A stretch of DNA of 64,000 nt. It comes from a virus. Shown here in pieces: positions 27,308 through 38,200 of this stretch (its first letter is position 1; the number at the start of each line of letters is the position of its first letter). The translations under genes were made by a program, and so were the position numbers. Location of the stretch: the IMG/VR virus record IMGVR_UViG_3300048919_000265, one strand, 5' to 3'. The notes beneath the pieces are model-generated. The model made no database searches. It was not told the origin of the DNA and was given only the letters and a program-made list of their open reading frames with translations.

Positions 27308-29647
27308 CTATTCCAAAGCTTTAAAGCGCCTTAAAGTAAATATTTTCATATAAGATTTTGATCTAACTCTTATCCCCACTTTTTTATTTGAAGTGGGTGC
27401 TTCCAAAACCCATAAATATCCTGCATTAACGGCTTGCTCTTTTTCTATCTTGGTATTAGCAGTATCTGTAGTCATACTTTCCCCTTTATGTGTAGCTAAG
27501 TAAAAGCAAACGTGTGTAGAATTAACGTAAATATCACCTGTTCTCGGGCTGTCTTCTGAAACAGTCTTTAGTAAACCAGAGTTTAACTGGGAACTAGCCT
27601 GAGCTGGTAAACTTTCTCCGCCTACAGCTTTCTTTACAACACTGTTATAAGCATGGGCCGTAAAACTAGAACAATCATACAAGAATTTACCAAAGTTCAC
27701 TAAATTGTTATCTGGTTGATTAGCCGATGGCACACTTCCGTCCTTAGTGGCATAAATAGCTTTAAAATATTCCATCTTGGTAGCATACTTTCCTGCCGTA
27801 AAGGAACCAGCATATTTCCCAGTTGCATACGCATAATGCCTATTATAATTAGCTTGAGAAACTGGCAATGCTTGCCCTCCTAAATAATACCAGAAGCCAC
27901 TCCTATCATAACCAAACTTCAGCATATTAAAAACTAATGAATTAGATGTATCTGCTCCAATGTCTTTCATTATACCTGCAAAATCAGAAACAGGAGGTTT
28001 AAACTCATCCTTAACCTTATTATAATACGTATCTGGTTTAGTTACATCGACATCAACTCCTGCATACTTTAACATATCAGCATAAGCATACTTACCCATA
28101 GAAGTTGTATCCACTACATGCCCGATTGTGATTAGGTTAGTTACATGCAGTACTCGCGGAGACTTACCGTTTATTTTGTTACGATAAACATCAGAAGTAT
28201 AGTCACTTAACTTCCAAACACCGCCATTTGATTTTTCTGCTATAGAAGAGGAATAACCGTAAACCTTCTTAAATGTAGCAGCATCTGTATATCCAGGATA
28301 AACTTCCAATACGGATTTGACATAAGGACGTAATTTATCTTTTAATTGAGAAGCAGTCACTTTCTCCCCATTAATTGCTTCCCAAGCCTTCAAAGCATAA
28401 CCACTATTTTTATTCACATAAGAACCAGAAGTTAATGTTTCTAATGCTTCAGGAGTTAAATAATACTGATGTTTCAACAACAAAAATGTACCAATTGCTC
28501 TGCCATGTTGATCCCTTATATTAGCACCACTATTTTTGATGGCATAAACTATATCAGATGGAATAGTTGTCACATTTTTAGCATAATCCTCTCTTCGCGC
28601 CTTGGCTTCGGCACTAGTGTCAGTTGTGCTAGGCATTGTTGCCAATTTTCCTTTAGTATTATGATTGACTCCGTACCCTGCACCCTGCGACCAAGAAGCA
28701 AGACCTGCATTATGATACATGCTATATGAAGCCGTTTGTATATCTATACCTAGTGACTCTAGTCCATAGCTCTTTATCATACTCGAGAATTGTTGATCTA
28801 AATAAGACAAATTGTCAGGCAAATAATATGCATCACTTTGCGATCTGTTAGGGTTATCTCCCCATCCTGATATAGTGGCAGGAACGACGGAACCATTATA
28901 ACTAGTATTGTGAAATAAAGTACGATTAACCTGAAAAGCATTTATGTCGCGAGAACTACCTGAGTTGTAAACTCGTCCCCCATCCAATGGGTTAAGACCA
29001 TTAATATTATAAGGTAGTTTATTGCTTTGGTTCGTAGGAGTAACACCACTTCCAGGAGGAGCAGTATTTATAACATTTCTATTTAATTGCCTTAATTTCA
29101 TAGCTGCTGCAGGAATTCCTTTATACTCTTTACCCCACACTATAGTTCTTGCCTTAGAATCAAAAGGCAAGTAAGATTTCACTACTCCCACCCCGTAGGT
29201 TCCCGTTTCATTCTTTTGTAACCCTAACAAGGCATAAATAGGAAAATGATGTGGAAACTTAGTTATCTTACCAGCTTCTGAATCAGCATATAGCTGAAGA
29301 AGCTCCTTTACATAACCCTCTGTTTTAATATTATTTATGAGTAGTAGATTTACACCGTTTCCCTCTTGTCCGGTTTTATAATCTATAGGTTTACCTAATT
29401 CATCCTCAACCGGATAAAGATTCCCTATATCGTCGTCACTAACATCTTTAGAGACTTCCTTAGTAATATTATCTATTGCCTTATGAGTCTTGTTCAACAT
29501 AACAGTATTAATAATGCTATTACTGCTAATAGTCCATAACACAACTGTCACCAGCATAAAACCAAGCAAAATACTTACAAACATTAATTTAAAAATACCA
29601 GACGACTTTTTCCTTTTCCTTCTGAGAAACTTAAGAAGGAACCACAT
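27308..29647 (-). CDS. Membrane-anchored peptidoglycan hydrolase (C-terminal NlpC/P60, probable lysozyme-like N-terminal part); CwlT/VirB1-like
   Basis: N-terminal TM; YDCSSFT (catalytic Cys) ... PRTGDI ... THVCFY (His); adjacent to the VirB4-like ATPase. Confidence 0.8.
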   Translation of the reverse strand: MWFLLKFLRRKRKKSSGIFKLMFVSILLGFMLVTVVLWTISSNSIINTVMLNKTHKAIDNITKEVSKDVSDDDIGNLYPVEDELGKPIDYKTGQEGNGVNLLLINNIKTEGYVKELLQLYADSEAGKITKFPHHFPIYALLGLQKNETGTYGVGVVKSYLPFDSKARTIVWGKEYKGIPAAAMKLRQLNRNVINTAPPGSGVTPTNQSNKLPYNINGLNPLDGGRVYNSGSSRDINAFQVNRTLFHNTSYNGSVVPATISGWGDNPNRSQSDAYYLPDNLSYLDQQFSSMIKSYGLESLGIDIQTASYSMYHNAGLASWSQGAGYGVNHNTKGKLATMPSTTDTSAEAKARREDYAKNVTTIPSDIVYAIKNSGANIRDQHGRAIGTFLLLKHQYYLTPEALETLTSGSYVNKNSGYALKAWEAINGEKVTASQLKDKLRPYVKSVLEVYPGYTDAATFKKVYGYSSSIAEKSNGGVWKLSDYTSDVYRNKINGKSPRVLHVTNLITIGHVVDTTSMGKYAYADMLKYAGVDVDVTKPDTYYNKVKDEFKPPVSDFAGIMKDIGADTSNSLVFNMLKFGYDRSGFWYYLGGQALPVSQANYNRHYAYATGKYAGSFTAGKYATKMEYFKAIYATKDGSVPSANQPDNNLVNFGKFLYDCSSFTAHAYNSVVKKAVGGESLPAQASSQLNSGLLKTVSEDSPRTGDIYVNSTHVCFYLATHKGESMTTDTANTKIEKEQAVNAGYLWVLEAPTSNKKVGIRVRSKSYMKIFTLRRFKALE

Positions 29648-31595
29648 CGCGAGTCCTCAACTGCTTTTCCATATAGTCAGGTAGCATAACCTTGTAAATA
29701 GTACTGTCTATCTCCGCACCTGTGTTATAGCTAACAGCAAAGTTATTCTTATAACGAAGGGTTGTATCATAAGATATTTTCTGTACATCTGGTATTATTT
29801 GATGGTGTCCCATTTTAATCAGATACTCGATATCTATTGACTGAACTTTTCCACAAACCACAGTTGTTATATTACTCTCGATTGCCTTGAAGCCCGGGTT
29901 ATCGAAAGCCGATAAGGTATTAAGTAATAGATTTATCACAACATTATTACTTCTGCTACCTGTGGTGGCGTGTGCTATGACCTTCAATAGGTTCCCAAAT
30001 TGATCAGAACGTTGCAACTCTTCATAATAATCAACCGTGTGCAAGCCTTTATTCTTTCGATAAAATTGCTTTTTCAAACTTAAGAATTGAGACATAAAAA
30101 CCCTAAGAGAGTCCATTGTGTCTAACATAGTATTTGCATTTTTATTAAAGGAATAGATAATAAGAGGAGTATTAATCACCTCTGCTAAGGTGACCTCATT
30201 CCTAAAAGCATCCGCATATCGACCTTCAGAACGGAAATATGTCGACAACCTATCAGCGGCCAGTGTACACAATTTTTTCTTTTCATCCGTGTAAGAAGAA
30301 CTCTTTTTCAAATCAATAATGGGTTCTATAACTTCCGAAAATTTTATTGTTTTACTGTTAATAAAAGTCCTTGGGTTATTAGGATACACATTATGTTTAT
30401 TATACACCTTTATAATGGCTTCCTCCAAAATCCCCTCCAGATCACTTATGTTTCCTTCCTTAGATAATAAATTTATCATCAAACAGAATAACTGAACCGT
30501 GCCAGTAACAGCGTTTCTGAATGTGAAATAACAATTTTCTTTAGTTACTTCCATGTCATCAATGCGCATAGTATTGACGAATCGAGGGTTGACATCATCC
30601 ATAGAAATAACAAGTGTATTCACATAAACACTTAACTTTTCCCATTCTCCACCCTTAATATCTGTAACAGATACATGGTGATGATCTCCCATAAACGATA
30701 AGGCTGCAGCTTGTGCAGCCAGTGTCTTACCCTCACCACTCATTGCCACCCACAATAAAATCTGAGCAGACGGAGAAGCGAAGAAATCCAGGATCAAAGG
30801 GAATCTACTTTTCATGTCCACTCCCATCAGAATCCCTTTTCCTCCAACTAACCCTTGCGTTCTATAAGGTACCATAGATGCCATGTTTTCATCACTCGTA
30901 AGTACTGTTGGAAATCTCCTTACATCCCCTTGAGTATATGTAGCTGGCCCAAAATTTGTTAGGTAGTTAGACATGTTACCGCTCAGCTCGTTAAATATTA
31001 TTTGTCTGCTTCTAAACAATACCCCGATCTTCTTACGATACTGCTTTAAATCTGCGTTATCCTCTGATTGAGCATGCACAAAGATATAACTTTTGGTAAA
31101 CTCGCCGCCATTCAAAGTATGTGAATAAACATAGTTATAAGAATCCTTACGATATTTTAGTCTCGAGCCATCACTCTTACGCATTGTATATTTACGACCA
31201 CCAGACAACTGAAAGGTTTTACCAATTTGTCTATCTTTTTCACTTAGAGAAGAAAATAATTCGTCAAAAGAATCTGCTTTATCGTTTGCTAAACTAAGGG
31301 CTCTAGTAAAAGTATCACTCGTAACATTAATGTTTGTGGGGACATTAATCATATAAACTGTTGTCTTCACAGTAGGACAAGCTACAGACATCTCAACCCT
31401 AATCAACTCTGTTAAATTCTGTGAAAAATCAATCGGTACCGAGACTACTTGCCAAACCTTAGTTACATACTTTTTAGTTAAGATTCGATCAAAACTTGGT
31501 TTAATACCAATGGATGAAATCTTATCTCGTGCGATCAATCCACCAGAGCTCAGCCAATCAAGAATATATCTAGAATACAAATCTGATAACTTCAT
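29631..31595 (-). CDS. virB4: VirB4-like conjugative/T4SS ATPase, 654 aa
   Basis: N-terminal TraC-like region; Walker A AMSGEGKT; VTDIKGGEW; DYYEELQ Walker B; SRSNN; IGHHQI. Confidence 0.75.
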   Translation of the reverse strand: MKLSDLYSRYILDWLSSGGLIARDKISSIGIKPSFDRILTKKYVTKVWQVVSVPIDFSQNLTELIRVEMSVACPTVKTTVYMINVPTNINVTSDTFTRALSLANDKADSFDELFSSLSEKDRQIGKTFQLSGGRKYTMRKSDGSRLKYRKDSYNYVYSHTLNGGEFTKSYIFVHAQSEDNADLKQYRKKIGVLFRSRQIIFNELSGNMSNYLTNFGPATYTQGDVRRFPTVLTSDENMASMVPYRTQGLVGGKGILMGVDMKSRFPLILDFFASPSAQILLWVAMSGEGKTLAAQAAALSFMGDHHHVSVTDIKGGEWEKLSVYVNTLVISMDDVNPRFVNTMRIDDMEVTKENCYFTFRNAVTGTVQLFCLMINLLSKEGNISDLEGILEEAIIKVYNKHNVYPNNPRTFINSKTIKFSEVIEPIIDLKKSSSYTDEKKKLCTLAADRLSTYFRSEGRYADAFRNEVTLAEVINTPLIIYSFNKNANTMLDTMDSLRVFMSQFLSLKKQFYRKNKGLHTVDYYEELQRSDQFGNLLKVIAHATTGSRSNNVVINLLLNTLSAFDNPGFKAIESNITTVVCGKVQSIDIEYLIKMGHHQIIPDVQKISYDTTLRYKNNFAVSYNTGAEIDSTIYKVMLPDYMEKQLRTRDVVPS

Positions 31596-32873
31596 TTAAA
31601 CACCCACTCTCGCATAACCTTTAGCTAACTCATAAATCATCTTTATAACCGGACGTGAACTCAAAAACCTAAATCTCTCAGTTTCAGACAGAGATTCATA
31701 ATTCTCGTAATGATCCCAAGAAAGTGGATTACCCGGCTGATTATTTACAATCGTACTAGCAGGGTCTAAGGCGAACACTCCTAGGTTCTCTGGATTTCTG
31801 CACATGGAAATGTGCAAGAATTGCCCAGACAAAACTACATCGTCGTGATCTTTGCAATCGACAACAATTAATATTCCCAATCCATTCTTATTATCTAATA
31901 GAATATCGAACATTTTTCTGTAATTTCCTGTCTTTATAAGAAAATCATTACTAACAACATCGCTATACAAAAAATTGTTTTTCAGTCTCACATACCTCTC
32001 GTCTCTAATCCCCAAAAGCCGCTTACTGCTACTACTATCATATAGTCGTACTACCTTAACAGAGTTCTTGTACTGCCTCTTAAACATCGCGAACAATATG
32101 TTTATGAATGAATTCAAATGATGTAGTTCTTGGTACTCCTTTAGATATATTATCATAGGTCGTTGCGGATACTTGCTCAACGGCACCTTATCATAAACGT
32201 CTCTAGCAAGTATAGGTTCAAATTGCTTTAAACTTCTATTGAGATGTCTAGCATTTGCTATTATCTCTAAGTAGGCGTTTTCTAGCACCTCGTCATACTC
32301 TGTCAACTGCTGCAACGACAGTTTCAGTTGTTGCGATAGCTCTTCTTGTACTTCTAATTTGTGATATGTGCTCCTTTGAATTGCGTACAAGGAAATGAGA
32401 TTTTCAGATAGTCTTCTTATTTCTTCGGACTGATCTGGATCTTGTAGTAACCTAAAGGCTATCTGTTCTCCTTCAGAGCTAATCTTAGTTTCCTCTAAAT
32501 ATCGGGCTTGCATCAACGGATCTTCGAAAATAATCCCATACATCATGTCATAATCCAACAATGTAGGATCCATTCTATAAGTTTTAGCAATATGCGACAC
32601 CGATGATAACAAAGTGTCATCCAATCCAATATAAACATACTTCAATCCAAGGATATCTTTATATAGTTCCAAGTCTGAATATGCTTGGGACTTCCTCAGA
32701 AAATCTTCCAATATAACCACAGTAGTAGTCTTCTCCAATATTTTAGAAGAAATTTCCCTCAAAGTATTAACGATCTTGACATCGTATGCAGCCAAGTCCG
32801 CCACGTTTGTTTTCATACGACTACGTGTAAATGTATCAACCAGTAAAATAACATTAAATGATGCAGTGTCCAT
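31596..32873 (-). CDS. Hypothetical protein: receiver-like N-terminus, coiled coil, degenerate P-loop-like C-terminus
   Basis: Beta/alpha N-terminus, heptads at ~170-210, IVVDC and HIS at the C-terminus. Confidence 0.45.
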   Translation of the reverse strand: MDTASFNVILLVDTFTRSRMKTNVADLAAYDVKIVNTLREISSKILEKTTTVVILEDFLRKSQAYSDLELYKDILGLKYVYIGLDDTLLSSVSHIAKTYRMDPTLLDYDMMYGIIFEDPLMQARYLEETKISSEGEQIAFRLLQDPDQSEEIRRLSENLISLYAIQRSTYHKLEVQEELSQQLKLSLQQLTEYDEVLENAYLEIIANARHLNRSLKQFEPILARDVYDKVPLSKYPQRPMIIYLKEYQELHHLNSFINILFAMFKRQYKNSVKVVRLYDSSSSKRLLGIRDERYVRLKNNFLYSDVVSNDFLIKTGNYRKMFDILLDNKNGLGILIVVDCKDHDDVVLSGQFLHISMCRNPENLGVFALDPASTIVNNQPGNPLSWDHYENYESLSETERFRFLSSRPVIKMIYELAKGYARVGV

Positions 32874-34192
32874 TACCTCACCTCAAAGAAAGAGTCATAC
32901 AACTTAGAAGTCAAATCAAAATGACTTATATTTACTTTTGCTATCCTATCTATATTACGAATGCTAGCTTTAATATCCTCAACCGACACTAAACTATAAT
33001 GCTGCTGAAAATTTATGTGTTCTGTTAACACTAAGTCTGCTTTAGAAACAACTGAAAATAAATCCGACGCTTCTGTTATATCAACGGCACTACTAGTCGA
33101 GGTCAATAACACCTTGCACTTGTTTCTCTTAATAATTTCATATGCAATACAGAAATCTGTCTGACTCACATCAATTAAGAGTAAATCACAATTAAACCTA
33201 GATATATTAGCTAACACATGCCTTAGTACATGAAATCTAAGTTTATAATCAAACTCACTCAAAATTGATATAGTGGATTCCTGCGTAACTGATTCTCCTA
33301 GCAATACTTTTTGAATATCATGATTCTCAAACGGAACTCTAGCACTTTCTAAAATATAGGACAACCCCTTATTTTTAGTAAGGTCCAATAATAAACTTTT
33401 TATATTTTTAGTTGCAGCAGAGGTTGCGGCCGCAGCAACAAATGTAGTAATTCCGCTTTTGGATAGTCCGCTAACTAAGCCCATTGTCACTTTCTGTGTT
33501 GGTTCAAAAAACGAAACACTGCCTAAGTCTACATCGACCTTATCTGGAAAATATGTCCTAGCATCCTCGACTAATATCTCTCCTGACTCGGCAGCTAGAA
33601 CATTGTCTTGCATTTCTACATAATTTGTTACTTTCCTATAACTAAAAGGTTCGATAATAGCTAATTCAGTATCTTCAGCTTCATACGCATAATTGGAGTC
33701 ATTACCTCGTTCTACACGGTAAACACTTTTAAATGTGTTGCTGACACGAAGCTCTTCTGTTATACCTAATAGAGAATTGTAAAGATCACCGAAACTTAAC
33801 TTATCATTTGATATTTTTAAATTGAAATTTGGAGTGCGTAAAAATGTACTACTAGCAGCCTGAATTGGCACTTCATCCATAACAAATTTTATGAATTCTA
33901 CACCTTCAACTGGCACCTCCGATTTAGAAACGAAAAATATTACCTCAGCTACATTAAAATATGAACTACCCAGTAACAACTCCTGTAAGATTTGCATGTC
34001 TTCACGTACATTCATATTAACACTGTTATACACATAAACAAGTTTATCTATGCGATAAATATTATTCTTTAGTTCTGAAGTTTTTCTATATAACGACTCC
34101 TCCATGTATTTAACATCGAGAGAACCTCGATCGTTTAAGAATTTACCTAACTTCTGTGTGTCCTCACCCGCAACTAACATCAAGCTTATCAT
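32873..34192 (-). CDS. TadZ/CpaE- or MinD/ParA-like ATPase with receiver-like N-terminal domain
   Basis: MGLVSGLSKSGITTFVAAAA (deviant Walker A), LLLDLT, DLLLIDV. Confidence 0.65.
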   Translation of the reverse strand: MISLMLVAGEDTQKLGKFLNDRGSLDVKYMEESLYRKTSELKNNIYRIDKLVYVYNSVNMNVREDMQILQELLLGSSYFNVAEVIFFVSKSEVPVEGVEFIKFVMDEVPIQAASSTFLRTPNFNLKISNDKLSFGDLYNSLLGITEELRVSNTFKSVYRVERGNDSNYAYEAEDTELAIIEPFSYRKVTNYVEMQDNVLAAESGEILVEDARTYFPDKVDVDLGSVSFFEPTQKVTMGLVSGLSKSGITTFVAAAATSAATKNIKSLLLDLTKNKGLSYILESARVPFENHDIQKVLLGESVTQESTISILSEFDYKLRFHVLRHVLANISRFNCDLLLIDVSQTDFCIAYEIIKRNKCKVLLTSTSSAVDITEASDLFSVVSKADLVLTEHINFQQHYSLVSVEDIKASIRNIDRIAKVNISHFDLTSKLYDSFFEVR

Positions 34193-34218
34193 ATTATCTC
34201 TCCTTATATTGTTCTAAG

Positions 34219-34244
34219 TATGTAGGGGAGGAACTAATCCCTCC
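34219..34244 (-). promoter_or_regulatory. Hairpin + TACATA motif, copy F
   Basis: Minus strand GGAGGGA-TTAG-TTCCTCC-CC-TACATA; 26 nt before the ATG at 34192. Confidence 0.55.
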
Positions 34245-35223
34245 TATTAATTTTTACCCCAACTTCAACTGATTTAGCAAAATCATCATCCACAACAGTT
34301 CTAGATCTCCCATTCATTGCCACAACTTTATAAACGTTAACTATATCTTTTGTAGAATTATCCAAGTCTGCTCCGTCTCTTGCTCGAAGTATTGATAAAT
34401 CTATAGCCTCCAATCCGTAAAATTCCCGTAAATACTCAATGAACTCTTCTACATTCATATAATCTGTACTACGAAAACAGGTAGGACCTTCTTTCAATAT
34501 CCGCTTAATGTCTTGAAAGACAGTGCCCAACTCATATCTTTGATAATTAGATTTTGTACGAATTTGCAAATGCATGATATTAACAATAGAAACGTCTTCA
34601 CTATAATCTAATGCCGCTTGCACTATGTCTAACAGTGGTCGAGCTAACTTTTTATCTGGTATTTTCCTTAATTTTTCAATATAACTTGTGGCCTCAGGAG
34701 AAGTGCTAAACTTCTCCGAGGATGTTGTGGTTCTGTACTCTAAATTGTAATTGCCCAAGAGTCTAAATATCTTTTCCATCGCTTTCCTAGTTCGTGCCGA
34801 TTTAATATCATTATTAGAACCAAATCTAAACTTAAGAATCACCATGTTCGACCCATTCGAAAACTCAAACACGGGAATAGATTCCTCTGAAGTAATTTGT
34901 ATTTGGTCACCCGAACTAATATTGCGAAGATAAAAGAACTTAGAAAAGGAATCAGAATTATATCCTTCATACTCTCGTATTTTTTCGTCTTCCTTAAATT
35001 CAAATATCCTTATAACAAACAAACCTATAATGAAAAAGATTATTAACTGCAAGATGATTGGTATAGACCAATGCACACCCACAGAACTGAAGGTCGGAAC
35101 CGTAAAAAATGCTATAAATCCATTTAACATTAAAGATAATAAGATTGTTAATTTAACCTTATCCCGACCTACCACCTTGCTCGCCTCGGAAGACGTTTTA
35201 TGCACATCTTCTGCGAACTTCAC
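34234..35223 (-). CDS. Two-TM protein with large soluble domain, possibly a VirB3/TrsD-like conjugation component
   Basis: Two N-terminal TMs; position upstream of the VirB4-like gene. Family call rests on context only. Confidence 0.45.
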   Translation of the reverse strand: MKFAEDVHKTSSEASKVVGRDKVKLTILLSLMLNGFIAFFTVPTFSSVGVHWSIPIILQLIIFFIIGLFVIRIFEFKEDEKIREYEGYNSDSFSKFFYLRNISSGDQIQITSEESIPVFEFSNGSNMVILKFRFGSNNDIKSARTRKAMEKIFRLLGNYNLEYRTTTSSEKFSTSPEATSYIEKLRKIPDKKLARPLLDIVQAALDYSEDVSIVNIMHLQIRTKSNYQRYELGTVFQDIKRILKEGPTCFRSTDYMNVEEFIEYLREFYGLEAIDLSILRARDGADLDNSTKDIVNVYKVVAMNGRSRTVVDDDFAKSVEVGVKINRRD

Positions 35224-35235
35224 ACTTCCAACCTC

Positions 35236-38200
35236 CTAATTCTTATAACGTTTAATATCTTCCTCTAAGGCCCCGTGCGTGAAATCATTGCCGCTATCCG
35301 ATTTACTTATCTCCGAGCTAGCAGAAACATAGGTCTCAGTTCTAATAGGTTTTCTGTTTCTGCGTAAAGTCCTACGAATATACTCATCATCCACAGCAGC
35401 ATCTTCCATCTCGCTAAGTGATATACTTAGATCATAACGATTAGTTTGATCTTGTGGAACTGCAACTACTTCCTCATTTTTATTAAAAATGTTAGTTGTT
35501 TTAACTTTGAGGTTATCCACCACTTCACCTAAGTGCACCTTATCAAGCAACCACTTTAACTTATCATTAATTTTTGAATTCCCCATCTCCGTCCAGTTAA
35601 ATATAATAGCGGATACAATTTGAGAAAGGATAAACAAAATTAAACCAAAGATTATGCACAAGCCATAAATAACCACATAAATATTGAAATACGTTGATGC
35701 CCCTAAACTCCATACAAAAACAGTAAAACATAGCAACAATATCAAACTAACTTTTATATACCCAGCCAAAGCAGGCCATACCTTTTCACCTGCCACATAC
35801 CTACCTATCAATAGAAGACCTAGACCGATGTATAACACAGGGACAAGAAATTGTGTGCACAATACAATCAAAAATGCAAACAATAATACAAGTAGAAACA
35901 CTAACAGAGTAAAAATATCAGTTTCATTTGCCACATATGTAGCGACATCCATATCCTCTGCTATAAATCTACTGTAATCATCTGTCATTGCAGCCAGCAT
36001 TACATCCTTCATAGTAAATTCTTGATAGTTCAAAGAAAAAGGATATAGCCAGTTCGCATACTCGCTTGCTTTTTGATTCAGAATCGTTGTAGCGTAAATA
36101 GATATTATTTTAATTAAATTCTCGTCAGACATCATCCCAACTTGCGGCTTAAAATCAATAATAAACTTCTTAGTTTGATAATTAACATCTGTTATCAAAT
36201 TGCGATATTTTTCTTTACTCTCCTGTGTGTTGGACAAAAATCCGTTCTGCTCTAGGGTTTGATACCATAGGGTTTCCTTAACTTCTGGAGTTGGTTTGCT
36301 TATTATTTCATTTAACCCCAAGAAATCCCCTGGTGTTTGGAATACAGACTTTAGTTTCGCTAATTCTTCAGGACTAGCGCCATCATTCGCCTTACTGAAA
36401 TCCTCTGGGGTAAGAAACGGTATGCTATTAATATAACTATAGACAACGAAACTGTCCTTCTCTAGTCCATCTTTGTACTTAGTACTATGCTTTGGTATAT
36501 TGTATACCTCTAATAACTTGTTCAGTGTTCCAGTAAAACCATCAACTACTTCATAATAAGGAGTATAATAATCTAAAACTGAGCTATTCATCTTCTGTGC
36601 CGTATAAACATAGCGACTAGTTCCTTGATCAGGATCGTAAGCCCCTGTTATTGGATTATTAGCCATGAGAGTGTCCACATTAACTTTCAATGTATCGCCC
36701 TCTAAGTAAATCCCGTTCTTAGAATCCAACATAGTTACTTTACCAGAAGATAATTCCCTAACTGATAACTTATATCTGTCCGCAACAGTCTGCAAATCTT
36801 TATCAGACAGCTTATACAGATTCAAACTTGTGGTAGAAATACTTAACTTACCATCAGGTCCAATTGTTCCATCTTTACCATACGTGGTAGCATACTTTTC
36901 AGCTTTAGTAGCAAGTACCTGATAAGACAAGTTTTTGCTAATATTGTTAGCTGCTAAGTTATACACTCCTGGTAAATACACAGGAAACACTCTAATAAAG
37001 AGGAATATAGTTGTAGCAGCAAACACTGAGAAAATCAGCATGTACAATAAAGTCATACGCATCCTCATAAACTTCACTAATAATATTAGTGCTAATAACA
37101 CGAATACATACCAAAAATAATCTCTAACAACCGTCATAACCTTACCAAGAATAGGATCTTGATACTGATTCTTTATACCTAAAACCCCATCAACTTTACC
37201 TAAAGACTCTAATATGTCCCTAGAAAATTTAACGAAGTTACGCTTAAATCGATTATACTCGTCATCACTCATTTTGGTATAAGACTCTGTCATATTTCTA
37301 TCATAGGCTGAAGCATAAATACTTCCTCCTAATCCTTCCACCAAAATGTTACGAAATATATAATCTTCTCTAAGTCTACCGTTGAAGTTAGCACTCTCGC
37401 TATTTCCACTATTTATATACGACCAATACATATTATAAGCTATCAAATTACGAAGGCTTCTATTAGTATCTTGTGAAGTCGTATACGGAAACACTGGTAC
37501 TTTATTAGGCAAGACTGCGGAATTTATTACAACTGCCCGCATATCATCCGTGTAAAAATTTAACATCCCTGCACGTCTGTCCCACCATCCTGGAATACCT
37601 GCTTCACTTCTTGCTAACATTGGAGATTTGCCTTGCCCAACATCAACAAAATCCCTATAAATTGCAATTGATTGTTTAGCATGACTAATGGATAGGTTTT
37701 GATCCCCTTGAACATTAATGAATATAGGCTTCGAATCTAATGATTCCCCTTCAGTCATCAACAGAAACTTACCTTCATCTTGCGGACTACCTAATTTTAA
37801 ATCCTTAGATCCTTCTGGTATGTAAATAGAAGGATAACCATTCATAAATGCTACAGTATATGGATTATACCCCATCGTCTCGTCATACAGCATTGGATTA
37901 GCAGCAGCTGGAATAATTATCATATTATCATCTGCAACAATATCTCCAAATGCATTAATGAATACAGACCTACTATCAGCGTGCTCTATATTAGCGGCTG
38001 TTATATTCTGTTTTATAAAATTCTTTAATAATGCAAGTCCTGTTATAGGATATCCATCGGCATACCCAAACTCAAACAAGGAAGAAGTCCAATCAGTAGA
38101 ATTAACTTGTTCATCTGCCATAGTTACTACAGGTTTAACTGCTTCTCCAGCCGTTAAATTGGTCGGAGTAGTTGAAGGCTGAACAGCTTCTGTAGTTTTA